From Fistulifera solaris (lineage: Eukaryota), in contig AP026127.1 of assembly GCA_030295235.1 (NCBI GenBank), positions 1 to 64,000 on the forward strand: a stretch of DNA of 64,000 bases, written 5' to 3'. The notes under the pieces are model-generated. The model saw only the letters and a program-made list of their open reading frames with translations, made no database searches and was not told the DNA's origin. Position 1 is the first letter of the stretch, and each line of letters opens with the position of its first letter. The position numbers were made by a program, and so were the translations under genes. Positions 27,814 to 40,514 of the stretch are shown piece after piece.

Positions 27814-28547
27814 ATGGACATCTATCAATCCCCGTTCTCTCTCTTTGCACGCACGAACCAATTGCTTCCTTGTCGTGATGGTGATCGATCTTGTCCAGAA
27901 GGACGACGAGTGTTCGACAATAAAGTCGATCTCCGAAATGCCGTCAACGCTTATCTCCTTTCACCGTTCGGGCCACCACCCAATTGCTGGGATGTGTCCA
28001 GAGTGACAGATCTTAGCTTTCTATTCGACGGTGTGACGAACTTCAACGAGCCCATTGGCGATTGGGATACGTCAAGAGTCACGGATATGCGCGTCATGTT
28101 TTCCAATGCCCTTGCATTCAACCAACCCATCGGTAATTGGGATACATCCGCGGTCACCGATATGGCTTTCATCTTTTTGGTGCTTCATCCTTCACTCAAG
28201 ACATTGGCGACTGGGACACGTCAAGAGTCACGAATATGCGAGCCATGTTTTCCGGTGCCAGCGCATTCAATCAAGACATTGGCGACTGGGATACCGGGAA
28301 TGTTGCCAACATGATATTAATGTTTGCAGGAGCCTCATCTTTCAACCAAGACATTAGCAGGTGGAACACTGCGAATGTCGTAGGCATGAATAGCATGTTC
28401 CAAAATGCTGCATCATTCAATCAAGACTTGTGCGCATGGAAGGATATCTCTGTTAGAGCTGACAAGTTGAATATGTTCACGGGGACTGGTTGCCCTCATC
28501 CCGGCAATCCGACGGGCAATCAGTTCTGTGTCACATGCCCTGCCTAG
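27814..28547 (+). CDS. DUF285/BspA-like 25-aa repeat protein, 6 repeats (copy 1)
   Basis: Repeats of WDTSxVTDMxxMFxxAxxFNQxIGx with Cys-containing N- and C-caps. One frameshift in a T-run at about 28174. Confidence 0.88.
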
Positions 28548-29626
28548 TGGTTGTGGTTGAAAGGACGAAAAATTTATCGAATGAGGATGTATCTTCTTAG
28601 TTTAACATCTTTTTGATAATTCAAGAAACTAATGATAAACTTATGGAATTGCGCTCCGGACGTGAGATTATTCAGTCAAAAATGACGATTCTTTGACGAC
28701 AGTTGCAAAGCCCCGAAATAGTATAAGATGACGTTGTTCGAAGTAGCAGTCGTTGGGTCCTGTGACGTGTGAGCTACAAATTATCACGGTTGCGTGTGCT
28801 TTACCGAGTCGTACGTTTAGCGGCGAACCTTTCCAGCACCAAGACGACTCGCTCCCTCATCGATAGATCACTATCGTCGGCATTTTCCGAACTATGCCCG
28901 ATTCCACAGAAGTGCGTGACAACAATTATCTTGATCACGCGTACGATATTTTTGCAGTCGATGACAAGTAGACATTTTATTGCCAGACGGAGGAACACCT
29001 GAAGGAATCTACGATTCGCCAGTCAGCATAGACGACGGGCTTTCGGAGATAGGAGGCTGGCAATTCATTCTTTGCGTGAAGAAAGATTTCCTATCCGTAT
29101 TATTGACCAAAGAATGTTGTTCGCGGGTGTAAAGGAAAAGACTCTTTTCGACCCTATCGGTCTTGTCCGAATGGAAGAATTGTCGTCGAAAACAAAGCCG
29201 ATCTCCGACAAGCAATCAACAATTATCCTAAAGATACACAGATACGCCGTGCGGAATGAATTCACGTCACGCGTCACGCTTCACACCCAAGTAGGAAGTA
29301 TTTTAAGGTTAGTGTTTATTGTTCATGTTACATCGCGTGCATGAATCGCGCACCTCTCTGCGCCACAAAGTACTACAAGCACAGTACAAAGTACTCGCTC
29401 TCGTCTTTTGCACGAAATACATCCTCTATAAAAAAAAGAAAAAGACGCGCGAATTGCCAGACTGCTTGGCGCGAAGAAAAATGAAGTGCACCAAAATCGC
29501 CGCGGTAAAAAAAAAAAAAAAAAACGTTCACGGTCACTTGATTAACGTTATTTCTTTCTTTTTCTTGCTTATCATTATCATTCTTTTCAAAAGACACGAG
29601 CGCAACGATCTTTTTTTTCTCATAAA

Positions 29627-30346
29627 ATGGACGCCTATTATTCTCCCTTTTCTCTCTTTGCGCGCAATAACCAATTCCTTCCTTGTCGGCATCGTTCTTG
29701 TCCCAACGGAAGAAGAGTATTTGACGACAAATCCGATCTTCGACAAGCCATTGAAGAGTATTCCATTTCACCATCCGAGCCGCAACCCAACTGTTGGGAT
29801 GTCTCCCGAGTGACAGATTTTCGTGACTTATTCGATAGGACTGCGTTTGATGAAGATATTAGTGCCTGGGACACGTCATCTGTCACCGACATGAGTTTTA
29901 TGTTCTTTGGTAATTCTGTCTTTAATCAAAACATCGGTGGATGGGACACATCCAATGTTAGCAATATGGTTTCCATGTTTAACGAAGCTAAAGGTTTCAA
30001 TCAAGACATTGGCGATTGGGATACGTCCTCTGTCACCAACATGGAGTTTATGTTTCTCGGTGCTACCAATTTCAATCGAGCTATCGGTGACTGGGACACG
30101 GCCAAGGTTACCGCCATGAATGCCATGTTTTTCGGTGCTACTTCGTTCAATCAAGACATTTCAGAATGGAACACGACAAAGGTCACTGACATGCGAGGAA
30201 TGTTTTTTAATGCGGCAGCATTCAATCAAGACTTGTGTGAATGGAAGAATGTTGGAGCCGACAAAAGAAGTATGTTTACCGGAACTAGTTGTCCTCATCC
30301 TGGCACTCCGACGGGTAACCAGTTCTGTGTTACATGCCCTGCCTAG
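29627..30346 (+). CDS. DUF285/BspA-like repeat protein, 6 repeats (copy 2, intact)
   Basis: Intact 239-aa ORF. C-cap [18 protein letters not shown] is nearly identical to copy 1. Confidence 0.92.
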   Translation: MDAYYSPFSLFARNNQFLPCRHRSCPNGRRVFDDKSDLRQAIEEYSISPSEPQPNCWDVSRVTDFRDLFDRTAFDEDISAWDTSSVTDMSFMFFGNSVFNQNIGGWDTSNVSNMVSMFNEAKGFNQDIGDWDTSSVTNMEFMFLGATNFNRAIGDWDTAKVTAMNAMFFGATSFNQDISEWNTTKVTDMRGMFFNAAAFNQDLCEWKNVGADKRSMFTGTSCPHPGTPTGNQFCVTCPA

Positions 30347-30530
30347 AGAGTGGCAGCGATTGCAACGAGAAAAAGTCGACTTGAAGAGAAAGTTTTTATT
30401 TGTCTTTCCGATACTTTTTTTTTTAAAAAAGTTTTAACATTTATGTAGATTCTTACTTCTTTTGCTCTTTCGCTCATCTATCGTGTGTGAATGCATACAA
30501 TCATCTCAAACCATGTTTTCGTCTTTCATT

Positions 30531-31977
30531 TCACATCGACGCCTCCGCATCCACTTCCATCTCCATTGTCTCGCTTGTTTTAGTGGCATCCGGGACGGTG
30601 CGATACTGTGCACCAGTTGTCGAATGAATGCCCGAATAACGTGACACGAGCCATCCTAAAAGAAATCCGGCCATCATCCATACAATCGGATGACCACTGA
30701 ACCATGAAGGAGGATCCATGGTGGTTTGCGAGACACCAATTTCCAACATGGACGACAAGTTTGTATTCATATAGTCGTCCACACCAACTTCATGAAATCC
30801 ACCGAAATAGTCCAAAATAACGACCTTCGAAATATCAAGTGTGTAATACGATCCGGACATGTGGGAACCACCTTCAGCCATCCACGACGCCAACGGGTGT
30901 GTGTGCTGAAATTGCGTGGCGATACCACGATTGAATTCGACCGGAACCGCCTTGCCATACAAGGTAACTTGTGCACACAGGGGAAGTTCTTGTCCTCCAC
31001 AAGGTTTTCCGTCACTCACACGTTCGGCCAAAGAAGCTTCCGACAAGCTAATGACAATGTGATTGTCATTCGCTTTCATGTTGACGGCCAAAGTATCCGC
31101 GTCGGGTAAGTAAAAGAGAGGACGTCCGGTACTGGTCGAAAGATCAACACCATCTGCAATCGATCGAATATTCCCAAAGACAGAAGAAGATGAAGTCGTT
31201 TCTGCTGCATTGGAAGCAGCCACAACGGTGGCAATGGTACTCCATTTCGAGTGATGAGTGATCCAACGAGCGCGTGTCGCAAAGTTGTTCCATTTCGGAA
31301 CAGTCTTGTCCGCAGCTGGAATAATCGAGGGTGTCACGGCTTCACCACCCGAAATACTGTGTTCGATAGCCATCGCTTGACTATATTCTTCCGGTGATAC
31401 GACACTAGCTCCACCAAAACTACCAATCATCCAGAGAGGATCTTGTACAACAAACTCGTGGACTCGGAAGTCATGATCCTCGGGCCAATCCGCCATGGTA
31501 GGATGCTTGGCGAGCAAAGCCTTCCATCCAATCTCTTCACAATACGGTCCTACATCGTGGGATGCCGAACACGGATGAATCGATCCGGAAATCGTCAATT
31601 TGATGCAACGGGGATCTTGCGGATCAACGGCACTTTCGGGAGTACCACAACCGGGCACCGCAAACAAATCTGTATGCAAAGCGGCTTGACTGAGCGTCAA
31701 CGAAGAACCATGCAAATGCGACTCTCCCATGAGATAGAAAAAGATGCGTCCTTCGTTGCTTTCATCGGCGGCAAAGGGCAAAACCACGGCAAGCAAATCA
31801 TTCGTTTCGACATCACCATCTTGTCCAAAAACGCCTTTTCGGGACGTGTGGTGAGAGTTCTCCATGTGGATTGTGTGGTGAGCCAGCGAGCGGCGCTCGC
31901 TTCTTTGCGGCATCTTTCGTCGCTTCGAACGAATGAACACTCGAAAGAGCAGCAGCGAATAAGAGAAGGAACTTCAT
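30531..31977 (-). CDS. CREG-like (FMN-binding split-barrel) protein with two tandem CREG domains, signal peptide and C-terminal TM helix
   Basis: Start MKFLLLFAAALSSVHS at 31977. CREG-like motifs ARWLTTQSTW and ARWITHHSKW, DPQDPRCIKLTISG, HPTMADWPEDHDF, FGGASVVSPEEY, STGRPLFYL, ILDYFGG. TM segment IVWMMAGFLLGWLV. Two frameshifts in short A-runs near 31900 and 31838. Confidence 0.8.
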
Positions 31978-32275
31978 GTTAGCTATTTGTCGACTCTTTA
32001 TTGCTTCCGTTTTCGATTCAAGGCACCGCGCAAGGTAAATTGTAAAGAGGTAGCAACGCTGGATCCGTGTTACATTCTACAGAGTTTGTCTACCTACGAA
32101 GACTTGACATCTTTCTCATCCTTTTTCTTCGTATTTGACGATGAAATGAGAAAATGTCGCTACAGCACGCGACGAAAACAGCGCGTGTTTGTCACGCGTT
32201 GATGTCGTTGCAGAAAGCATGACAGTCGAACTTTAACTATAGTACAATGGGTACACGAATAAGGTCCGACTGAAA

Positions 32276-32785
32276 AAATTTAAAAAAAATTGAAAATTTA
32301 GAGTTTAGCGTGCTTATTTCCTATCCCTATGACAGAACCGTAACACAATCCGTCCCTAGCCGATGTCTAGATACGGATTGCCAAGACAATACTGATGCAA
32401 TGAGCATGGGGGCTGCCATCTGATTCGGAGTGAAATTTGTGGCCTGGTCCATCGGCCGGATAATTAGATTTGGTTCGCTTTAAGCGCCGATTCTGGTGGA
32501 AGTATGGTTGCTTGGGTGGTATTTGATTGCTCTGGCTTCGAATTGATTTGTCCTTGCTGTTGTTGTGCTATGGTTGTCGGTGCTGGTAAGTTGGATTCTG
32601 GGGTTGTGAAGTTGAGTTGTAATTGGAGTCGATTGTTTTTCTCTTTCCATATTGTGTGATGTCGAAGAATGTTTGCTCGGTGGTTGACTAACCAAGAAGT
32701 TAGATGATTGTTGTCTAATAGAAGTCTCTGCCTCAGGGGTCGAGAAAGCGGGTATTTGATATCGCACTGGTCCTTTAGGTCGTAC
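32276..32785 (-). mobile_element. 5'-truncated non-LTR retroelement (LINE-like) fragment flanked by 15-bp target-site duplication
   Basis: Exact direct repeat aaggtccgactgaaa at 32261-32275 and 32786-32800. The insert carries the 3' end of an A/C-biased minus-strand ORF (YDLKDQCDIKYPLSRPLRQRLL...), about 190 nt of 3' UTR and a T-rich tail. Confidence 0.65.
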
Positions 32786-33166
32786 AAGGTCCGACTGAAA
32801 TCAGTTTCAGTAACGAATAGACTAATATTGTTGCTCACAAAGCTTCATCATTAAAAAAAAACTCTATGCTTGTGTGGAATATATTGCTTTTGCATTGTTA
32901 CTGCTATGTTGCGATGAGTCTTTTGGTCTAAAAGCGCATGCTGCATCGTTTCCCATTCAAATTCACTTGTACTATGAGAAAGAATGTAGTTTGCACCAAA
33001 GATCGAAGGACTCAAGCAAGTTCAGTCCCGACTTGGACTGCAATACTCCTGTGATATTAGTGCGAGGACGTTAACAGTAGTACAAGTATAAAGTGCGACG
33101 AGGAATAAATGAAGCACTTAACTTATTTGGAGCACAATTCATCAATTATATTCATTCAGTTGTATA

Positions 33167-34085
33167 CTAAGCGTCTTCCATATCGGAAACGTACTCGTCT
33201 TCCTGATAATCGGCGTGAATTTGCGTGACGGTCGGGCTTTCGGAAGGAAGATCATCGGACGCTCGTTTTCCAGCAATGCTCCTTTGTTGCGAACGACGAC
33301 GACGAAGGTAGAGCGCAACGCCACACGACACAATCAAAACAAACAAACTTCCCAGCGTCGCTCCCAGAATCACTGCTTGATCGTTTGAGCCTTCTTGTTT
33401 CGCTTCGATGCGAGGATTTGTCACAACAGGAGAGGGTTGAGAAACTGCAGCAGGAGGCGAGTGTGGGTGCCGGAGACGAAGCAACTGGGTTTCCTAACGG
33501 GGTCCCGTCGTCGCCCTCGACACAGAAAACAGCTTGGAGCATCGGCTTGTGTCTGCAAAGTGACAGCATCGATCCATTCCGCTGCTTCGTCGCAAGATTC
33601 GGACGCCACGGCACAGTAATAAAAGCCATTGTCGAAACAGGCCCCGACTTCGCACCTTGTCGCAAGTGCATTCCGTACTATTCTCGGCATACGCCGGGAT
33701 CCACGAAGAAGGGCAATCCGCATTGGACCAGTAGCAGGTCGAGTCAGTTTCGCATTTCCCAAAGAGTGTAGCAGCGCCGTTGCGTGTCCCGTCCGCGAGA
33801 ATGGTACAACGATCGTCTACCGCGAATAAATTGTGAAGGATCTTGACACGCGGACGCATCACTCGTGCATCCTTCCTCCGCGCAAAACCCAATTTTGGTA
33901 ATTTCTTCCGTCCCCCGACGCGTCGTACACGCCCCACCGTGCGCCAAGCCACCATCGACACGGCGGGCACTCAAAAAGGTGGCATCTGTAGGGCAATCTT
34001 TCGGCTGCAATGCACAGACACGACCGTCACCGCCATGGCGCATGCAAGCACCGGCTTGGACTACCAAACGAAGCGGTGTGCTCAT
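33167..34085 (-). CDS. Cys-rich single-pass membrane protein with S/P/T linker (possibly ISIP2b-like)
   Basis: ORF pieces join into GACMRHGG..CALQPKDC..HGGACT..FGKC..CYWSNADC..CTCDKVRVGAC..CAVASESCD..SCFLCR, then a P/S linker, TM VILGATLGSLFVLIVSCGVALYL plus RRRR, and an acidic tail. Several frameshifts. The ISIP2b assignment is from recollection only. Confidence 0.65.
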
Positions 34086-34771
34086 TGTTCTTTGTTTATT
34101 TTGTGTGCTTTAATGAAGAGCAATTTTGCAAAGAACAGTTTTTGACGTCAAGATGGATGTGAGCCCTGACGCATCGAAAAGAAGGTGGTACCAGAATCCT
34201 TTCACGCCATCCGTTTCCTTCGCAGTAATCACATCAAGATCATTCGAACAAAGAATGAGGAGGCAGCACAAATCAAAATGAGCCTGCTTCTGGGCACGTC
34301 AAACGCGTGTTCGGCATGCACTTCATTTTTCACAATAGCGGTCGTGTTTCTTTCGTTGACTATCATCATTTTAGTACATGGACTTGATGTTCTGGCGTCC
34401 CACTTTTTCATTCTCTCCTTTTGCCAAGAAAGCACAAAGCACAAAGCACGCGTTGAAGCTTGACATGTCCGTAGGGATCACAGATCACAATAAAAACACT
34501 ACAGGCACGTTTCACGCTTCAATGAAACGTTTATAGTACTCTTATCAATGGGAAGAGGGGAGATGGTAAAGTTCTTTCACTTTTTCGTTCGGTCGATCGA
34601 CCAGCACGCGCTGAAGAAAAAATGAGCCAGTGATGGGTCCATCTACCAAAGATTATCGTGCAAACCACGGATCTTGACAACCATTCAGAATAGAAAGCTT
34701 TCCTTTCAAATCTCTCAGTCTATGTCATAAAACGTCGGCCTTGGTTTCAGTGATAACAAACTTGAAGCATC

Positions 34772-36756
34772 ATGCAACTTCGACTCGGACTTCTTTCCGT
34801 CCTCGCAGGATACAAAATGGCGGCGGGTAAGTTGAATGAAAAACAAGAATGGTTTGAAAAATGAATCTTTGTAACACCACAGAGCAGCTCTAACAGCACT
34901 CGTTGCGCCTGCTCTATTTTCTCAGCCATTCCTGCCACCAGCGACATTTACTATCATGAGCAGACGGAACAACACCTTCCGGAAGCCGTGTGGACCTTTT
35001 CGGATAAAGGAGTCACCATCTTTACAGCGGACGGTTCCGCAGAACTCATGACACATTCGAACGCGACCTTGGGCTGTGGAGAAGCCTGCTTTACTTCAAC
35101 GTTGCAACGGATGGACGCAAATACGTGTGGGGTAACGCCATTCATTCCGCCCTTCATCGCGTCGACGTGTTTTCTCTTCACACCGGAGAGTATCTTGGAG
35201 GAGTCGCCACCTGCAGCACTCCATTGGATATGGATTTCATCCCCAACCGCGAGGAACTGTGGATCCGATGCGCCGGAGATGAACTGAACGAAAACACTAC
35301 CGAGACGGCGACCGGGCATTTGAATGTGATTCACACCAACTCCCTTGGTGCGGCGTCGGAAGACATCCGCTTGACAGATGAGCGTTCCTACGGTTATGCT
35401 GTCTTTCACTCGTCTCTCGGTAATTACGGGTACGCCACCGACAACACGCAGAACAAATTGTGGAAGGTAGACTTGGCATACCGCGAAGTCGTGGGCAACT
35501 TTACTTTGGAAAACGCTCATTCGTCGTATGACGCGACTTACAGTCCCAAAAACAAGCACATTTTCTTGCGATCCCGTGTCTGCTGCACATGCGGCTTTGA
35601 AGGTGCTGATGCCGCTACATGTGGTCGCGGACCCGGATTCCCTGGGCAAATCATCACCACAGGACCCAGCGCGTAAGTGCGATAAATTTGGGTGAATCGC
35701 TTGCGTTGACATATCATTTTGCCAACATTCTCACACTTTCGTCGTTACTCCCAGTGGACGCGCCGACTTGAATGGAACCTGTGGTGTTTCGTGTGAAGGT
35801 TCCCTCGCCGACACCATTGGTGTCATGGAATTCGATACGGTCTCGGAAACCTTTGTCGCAAATCACCAACCATCCGAAGGTTTCGGCGCCATGGCCCAAG
35901 CGTCACCCGACGGACAGCACATTGTGTTGCTTGCCAACGACGGAGGAAAGAACGTCCGCGTACTACAAGCTGGAGAAAATGGACAAGCGTCTACTGTCGC
36001 ATTCGACCTTGCTGTCAACTTCGAGAATGTCCCACCCGGTGAGCAAGCGATTTCCGATTTTGCTTTTATCGACTGGAATGATCGCACGATTCTCGCCTTG
36101 GCGTCCGGCTACGACAACAACCTTGTCTTGGCCGATCTGAGCACCACTCCTCCGACTATCAACAAGGTATCCCTCTCTACGTCTGCATCACCTACGGGAG
36201 GAACCAGTGGTCGCATGATCGAATGGGTGTACGGAACCGAATACCTGTGGGTCGACGGATCGGCAAATGAAGAAATTTATGTTCTCAAATTGGACGCCAA
36301 TGGCGGCGCTGCGGTCCACCATACCATTTCCGAAGCACCCGTCAGCAAGATGATTTACGTCGAGAATTTTGGTCAGCGTGCCGTCGAAAAACTCATGGCC
36401 GAAATGATTGCTACGACCCAAGGAGAAGTCGATTCGGACACGACGGAAACCGAAGGCGGCACTAGTAGCAGTGATACGGCCCCCAATACGGATCTTTGCT
36501 GCAGCAAATGGAAGAAGCAGGGCTGTTGGCTCGAGAAGAAAACGACGATCCCTCCATCATTGCCATCGTGGCGCTCGTGATCGGCAGTCTTTCGTTGTTG
36601 ATGAATATAGTGGTCATTATGCACTACTTCTCCTCATCCTCGACAGGGGCCAGCAGCAAACTGGGCAGTACCGGCACTCCCGACAAGGAACTGTCGAATT
36701 CGTCGGCCGATATTCCGGATGACAGCAAAACGCTCGGCAGCAAGCTCGTCGCGTAA
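34772..36756 (+). CDS. Type I membrane cell-surface protein, YVTN/quinoprotein-like beta-propeller with CCTCG motif (~600 aa)
   Basis: Exon 1 MQLRLGLLSVLAGYKMAAA is signal-like. Introns 34827-34925 and about 35673-35754. Propeller-like strands (LWKVDL, YSPKNKHIF, ASPDGQHIVLL). Cys cluster RVCCTCG...CGR...CGVSCEG. TM IIAIVALVIGSLSLLMNIVVIM. Frameshifts in T-runs at about 35090 and 36495. Confidence 0.8.
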
Positions 36757-37403
36757 TTCATTCTTTGTGCAATTGTAGTATCGTAACATATCGTAAATAT
36801 CATCGTTGTTTTCCAGTTTTCAGGCAGTAGATTATTGTGTGTTTTTGATTGACACCGTCACGGCCTTTCTCTTCAAAGCAGGCTTGCGATTTTTGTTATC
36901 GGGACTGTTTGGAACCCTAGATTGAATTTTGAATGACAGAGACGGCCCTTATTGAGATAAGAATTCGACGTCTTTCCAGATAGCAGACTTCCCTTCTACC
37001 TTCTCAGGCAGTCTCAGAATGACAAAAAGCGGTCTTGAGCCTCCAGCGATTTTGTCTCTCTTTAACAAAAAGTCACCACAAAATTTTGTCATTCCTGATT
37101 TGCTCTATCAGCAACATCTCAGCGCCCTTTATTTTCTCTGCTTCGTTCTAGACAGCAGCTCCGAAAATAACACAATTTTTGTCGATTCAACGCATCGAAG
37201 AGCAACGCGAAAGCCTGTCATTGCTTCAAGGCAAGAACTGCTGCAAGAGATTCCATTCAAAACAAAGGCCGCGAGGTATGTTCCAAAAGTTTTTATGACG
37301 AAAAAGGATGAGCTTTTTGAATGAATGCAAATCAGAGCACGTCATCGTCGTCGCATTATTGTCGCAAAAAATGACGAGCGAGCCAACGGTGTTTTCAGAC
37401 TTC

Positions 37404-37579
37404 CAGAAATTCTGAGTATTGGTGAATTTTATTGTCCAGATAATCTGGGCATGTGGTGTTTCCACTTTTCCAGAAAATGTGGGAGTGTGCTGTTTCCAAA
37501 ATGTCAGAAAATCTGGGTGATTTGTATTTTTACAGCCGCAGAAAATCTGGGGGTTTCGCATTTTGGCGCAGAAATTCTG
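37404..37579. repeat. Array of six imperfect palindromes CAGA-N3-TCTG with ~34-bp period
   Basis: Copies start at 37404, 37437, 37471 (variant), 37505, 37539 and 37569. Spacers are 19-23 nt and only weakly similar. Confidence 0.75.
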
Positions 37580-38249
37580 AAAGATAGGGTGCGGTGTACT
37601 GGTATCGTCGTTCTCGTCTCCGCATTTACAATACAACAACAGCTCCGACGACTTCGTTCTCTATCATCACCTTACAGCCGGGTGCATTCCTTTTGTACCT
37701 AAAGGTCAGAGTCGGCGCTCTCGGCTCCACACAAAGGCGTCAATGGATGATGAAACGGTTAAAATTCGAATTTGTGCCTTGAACGAAAGCATAAGACGAT
37801 TGCTGCTATAAGGAAGCAACGTTTCATCCTGTTGGTGAGAAACGGTGTATCTCTTACCTTCTTGTCTCTGTGATTGGTCATTCTTTACTGTTGCGATGAC
37901 GACAAGGAGTTTGCTAGACACTTACAACCACGAAAAAGATTTGATGAGCAACCACACTAGTTTCAGCAAATCGAAGGAGGTCGCTAAACAGCAAAGGATG
38001 CACGAAAGGTCGACGAATAGATCGTACTGTGTGATGTACTATCACAGAGGCGTCTGTTGAACAATCTACTCTTAGCAACGTTTCTCAGTTGGAGCTTGCC
38101 TTTTAAAAATAAAGTGCTCCGTATGACAAATAAAAGCAAGTTCAACTACAGCAGCTGCAAACTAACAAGTGCATGTATATGGAGGTCCTAAAACGGTTAT
38201 TATTGTCAGTGACTTCACGGAAATCATTATCGAGACTCGCTGGGCATGT

Positions 38250-38718
38250 TTAGCGAGGAGCCTGTTTAATGCATTGACTGGGAGAACATACGCCAAAGGA
38301 AACGCATACTTGGCTAGATCAACAATAAGAGCAACGTTCAGAACTGTGTCAGTGATGATTGGCGTTCGGATGATACAACGCGCTGGATTCAATGTACTTA
38401 CTCGCTGTCGCAGTCACTGGAAGATGTGCAAAGTGCTCCATTATCATCGTCGCCAACGGCGCAAACGACAGTACCTTCCGTAGTTTTGACGCACGCGGAC
38501 TTAATATTCCCACTGCACGTGTCTCCGCGGCTATCACAGTCAGCCAACTCACTTCTCCGGTTGCATCCATCGAACCATGGCGAGCACAAAGCATTGGAGA
38601 ATCGAGACGAGCGACCAAACATCGAATTCCCGTTGTTGTTACTCAAGGCATGAGCGCCGGAGATAGATGTACTGGTAGACAGAATGAAGAGAAACGTGAA
38701 GGTTTTGGAGAACTTCAT
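38250..38718 (-). CDS. Small secreted 11-Cys peptide, paralog A (2 exons)
   Basis: Signal peptide MKFSKTFTFLFILSTSTSISGAHA. Intron 38314-38401 (GTAAGT..TAG). Spliced C-terminus DCDSDQVCVSFGVCSPSQCIKQAPR*. Confidence 0.85.
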
Positions 38719-39443
38719 CGTGACTCGTGAGATCAAGATAGATCGAAAGGGTGATCGTTTGAAGAAAGTGATGAAGCTATTGTGATCTAATTTCGATTAT
38801 AACAGTAGTCCCTTGTTTAAGCAGGATCCAGCAAGACCCATTTACTATGATGGAATAAGTACTCGCATTAACGTCTTCTATGCAGAGTTTTATTCCCAGG
38901 CTCATGCTTCCGCTCCTTGCGATCAAAGATACTATTCCCGCCTCGCAGCTCTCTATATTGACTTTCAAGGGGTTTATGAACTAACAAAAAGGGGCCCTTC
39001 TGAGCAATCAACGATGAAATTTTGGCAATCCGAGGAACGAGTAATACTTTTTCCGAAAACTAGCGATGTTGCAAATTTTTATCGCTATTTTAATCGATCA
39101 GACAACACTACTGCTGCTAAGCCATCTGTAAAGTGCAGCACAGAACAGACAGACGCGCGTACAAGGGGGTTGCAGAAAACGATTTTCATGAAAAAACTAG
39201 AAGTACAGGATACCAGGTAAAGGGCAAAGGAATCTGTTATCGTCACTTCTGACAGGAATAACGGCAGAGTATAAAATTGGTTTCCATTAGTTTCGGTTTT
39301 TATAGACTACCAGTACCGGGACCAGAGGAGCCAAGTTAAATGTATTCGACATAATCTGTGACGACTTAGTAGGTTTTCCTTGAAAAGTAAGTTGAACACT
39401 TATTCCGATAATTCTTTTCATCTTGCCGTGAGCTGTAATTACT

Positions 39444-39942
39444 TCAACGGCGCGCCTGCTTAGCGCATAGTTGACCGGGGGAACAGTTTGGAATTGAAAT
39501 ACATACTTGACTGCGAGGAGCAAGCCACAAGTCACATAAAGGAAAGCAATGAGTGAGTGTGCTGTGTGCCTCTCAGAGACGTTTTACGCTCAAGAACTTA
39601 ATTTACAGCAACATGTACTTACTCGCGGTCGCAATCTTTGGACGAAATACAAAATGCCCCGTCATCGTCGTCGCTAACGACGCAAACAACGCCACCTTCA
39701 ATAGTTTTCGCGCATGACGATACACCATCGCTGCATGGATCTCCTAGGCCGCCACAAAATGCTACTTTGCTGTTCCTGTTGCATCTATCGAGCAATGGAA
39801 AGCACAACGTGTTGGAAAAACGGGCAGAGCGACCAAAAATTGCAGCATTGTTTTCGTCTTCCCGGACATTTGCCTCCGAAAGACAGGCAGAGGGGAAAAG
39901 AAGAGAGATCCAGATCGCCGTCACGGTCAAGCAGAACTTCAT
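39444..39942 (-). CDS. Small secreted 11-Cys peptide, paralog B (2 exons)
   Basis: Signal peptide MKFCLTVTAIWISLLFPSACLS. Intron 39511-39622. Spliced C-terminus DCDRDQVCISIPNCSPGQLCAKQARR*. Confidence 0.85.
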
Positions 39943-40514
39943 CGTAAGAGATCTGATAGATTGGATGATTAAGGGCTTCTTTTATCGTCTTTAAAAGAAA
40001 TGTGAACTCAAAGCGATTTTTTTTACCAGTAAGTGATGGTGAATGATGATGCATGGTGATGATGATGCATCATTTTACTCGCCGTTCTGTGAAGGATTGT
40101 TGTACTAATAATTCGATAAGATAAGTACACGTACTCACTTTTTCTGAGGGCTTTGATTTTAGTCATAAGAGTACCGCAGGTAGAGGTAGAGGTCTTAGAG
40201 TTATTCAAGTCGCATTTCCTAGATAGCGCACGATTCTCACTAGCTCACTAGACGGGTAGACAATACCAGGTTAAGCGTTTCCTCTATCCTTGCCCCCTCA
40301 TGTTTAGTAAGATTCGAGCGATATTTACAATTGAGCATTTAGTGTGGCGTTTGGAAGTCTTTTCAACTAGCACCATGCCTGGAAACACACTTCTGCAACA
40401 TATTCGGTGATCGAACGGCCTTGTCATTTTCAAAAAATATTTGTTACTGGTATGTATTCCACTATAAAGCGGAAGTCAGGCAGCTGATGAGGAGTCGACA
40501 CAGTGTATTGCAAG

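Noticed and set aside
29319..29813. Lys/Phe-rich ORFs upstream of DUF285 copy 2
   Set aside because: They derive from poly-A and poly-T promoter tracts and overlap the real gene out of frame.
37404..37579. CRISPR array interpretation of the palindrome/spacer array
   Set aside because: The repeat is only 11 bp and imperfect, the spacers are short and partly similar, there are no cas genes, and the context is eukaryotic.
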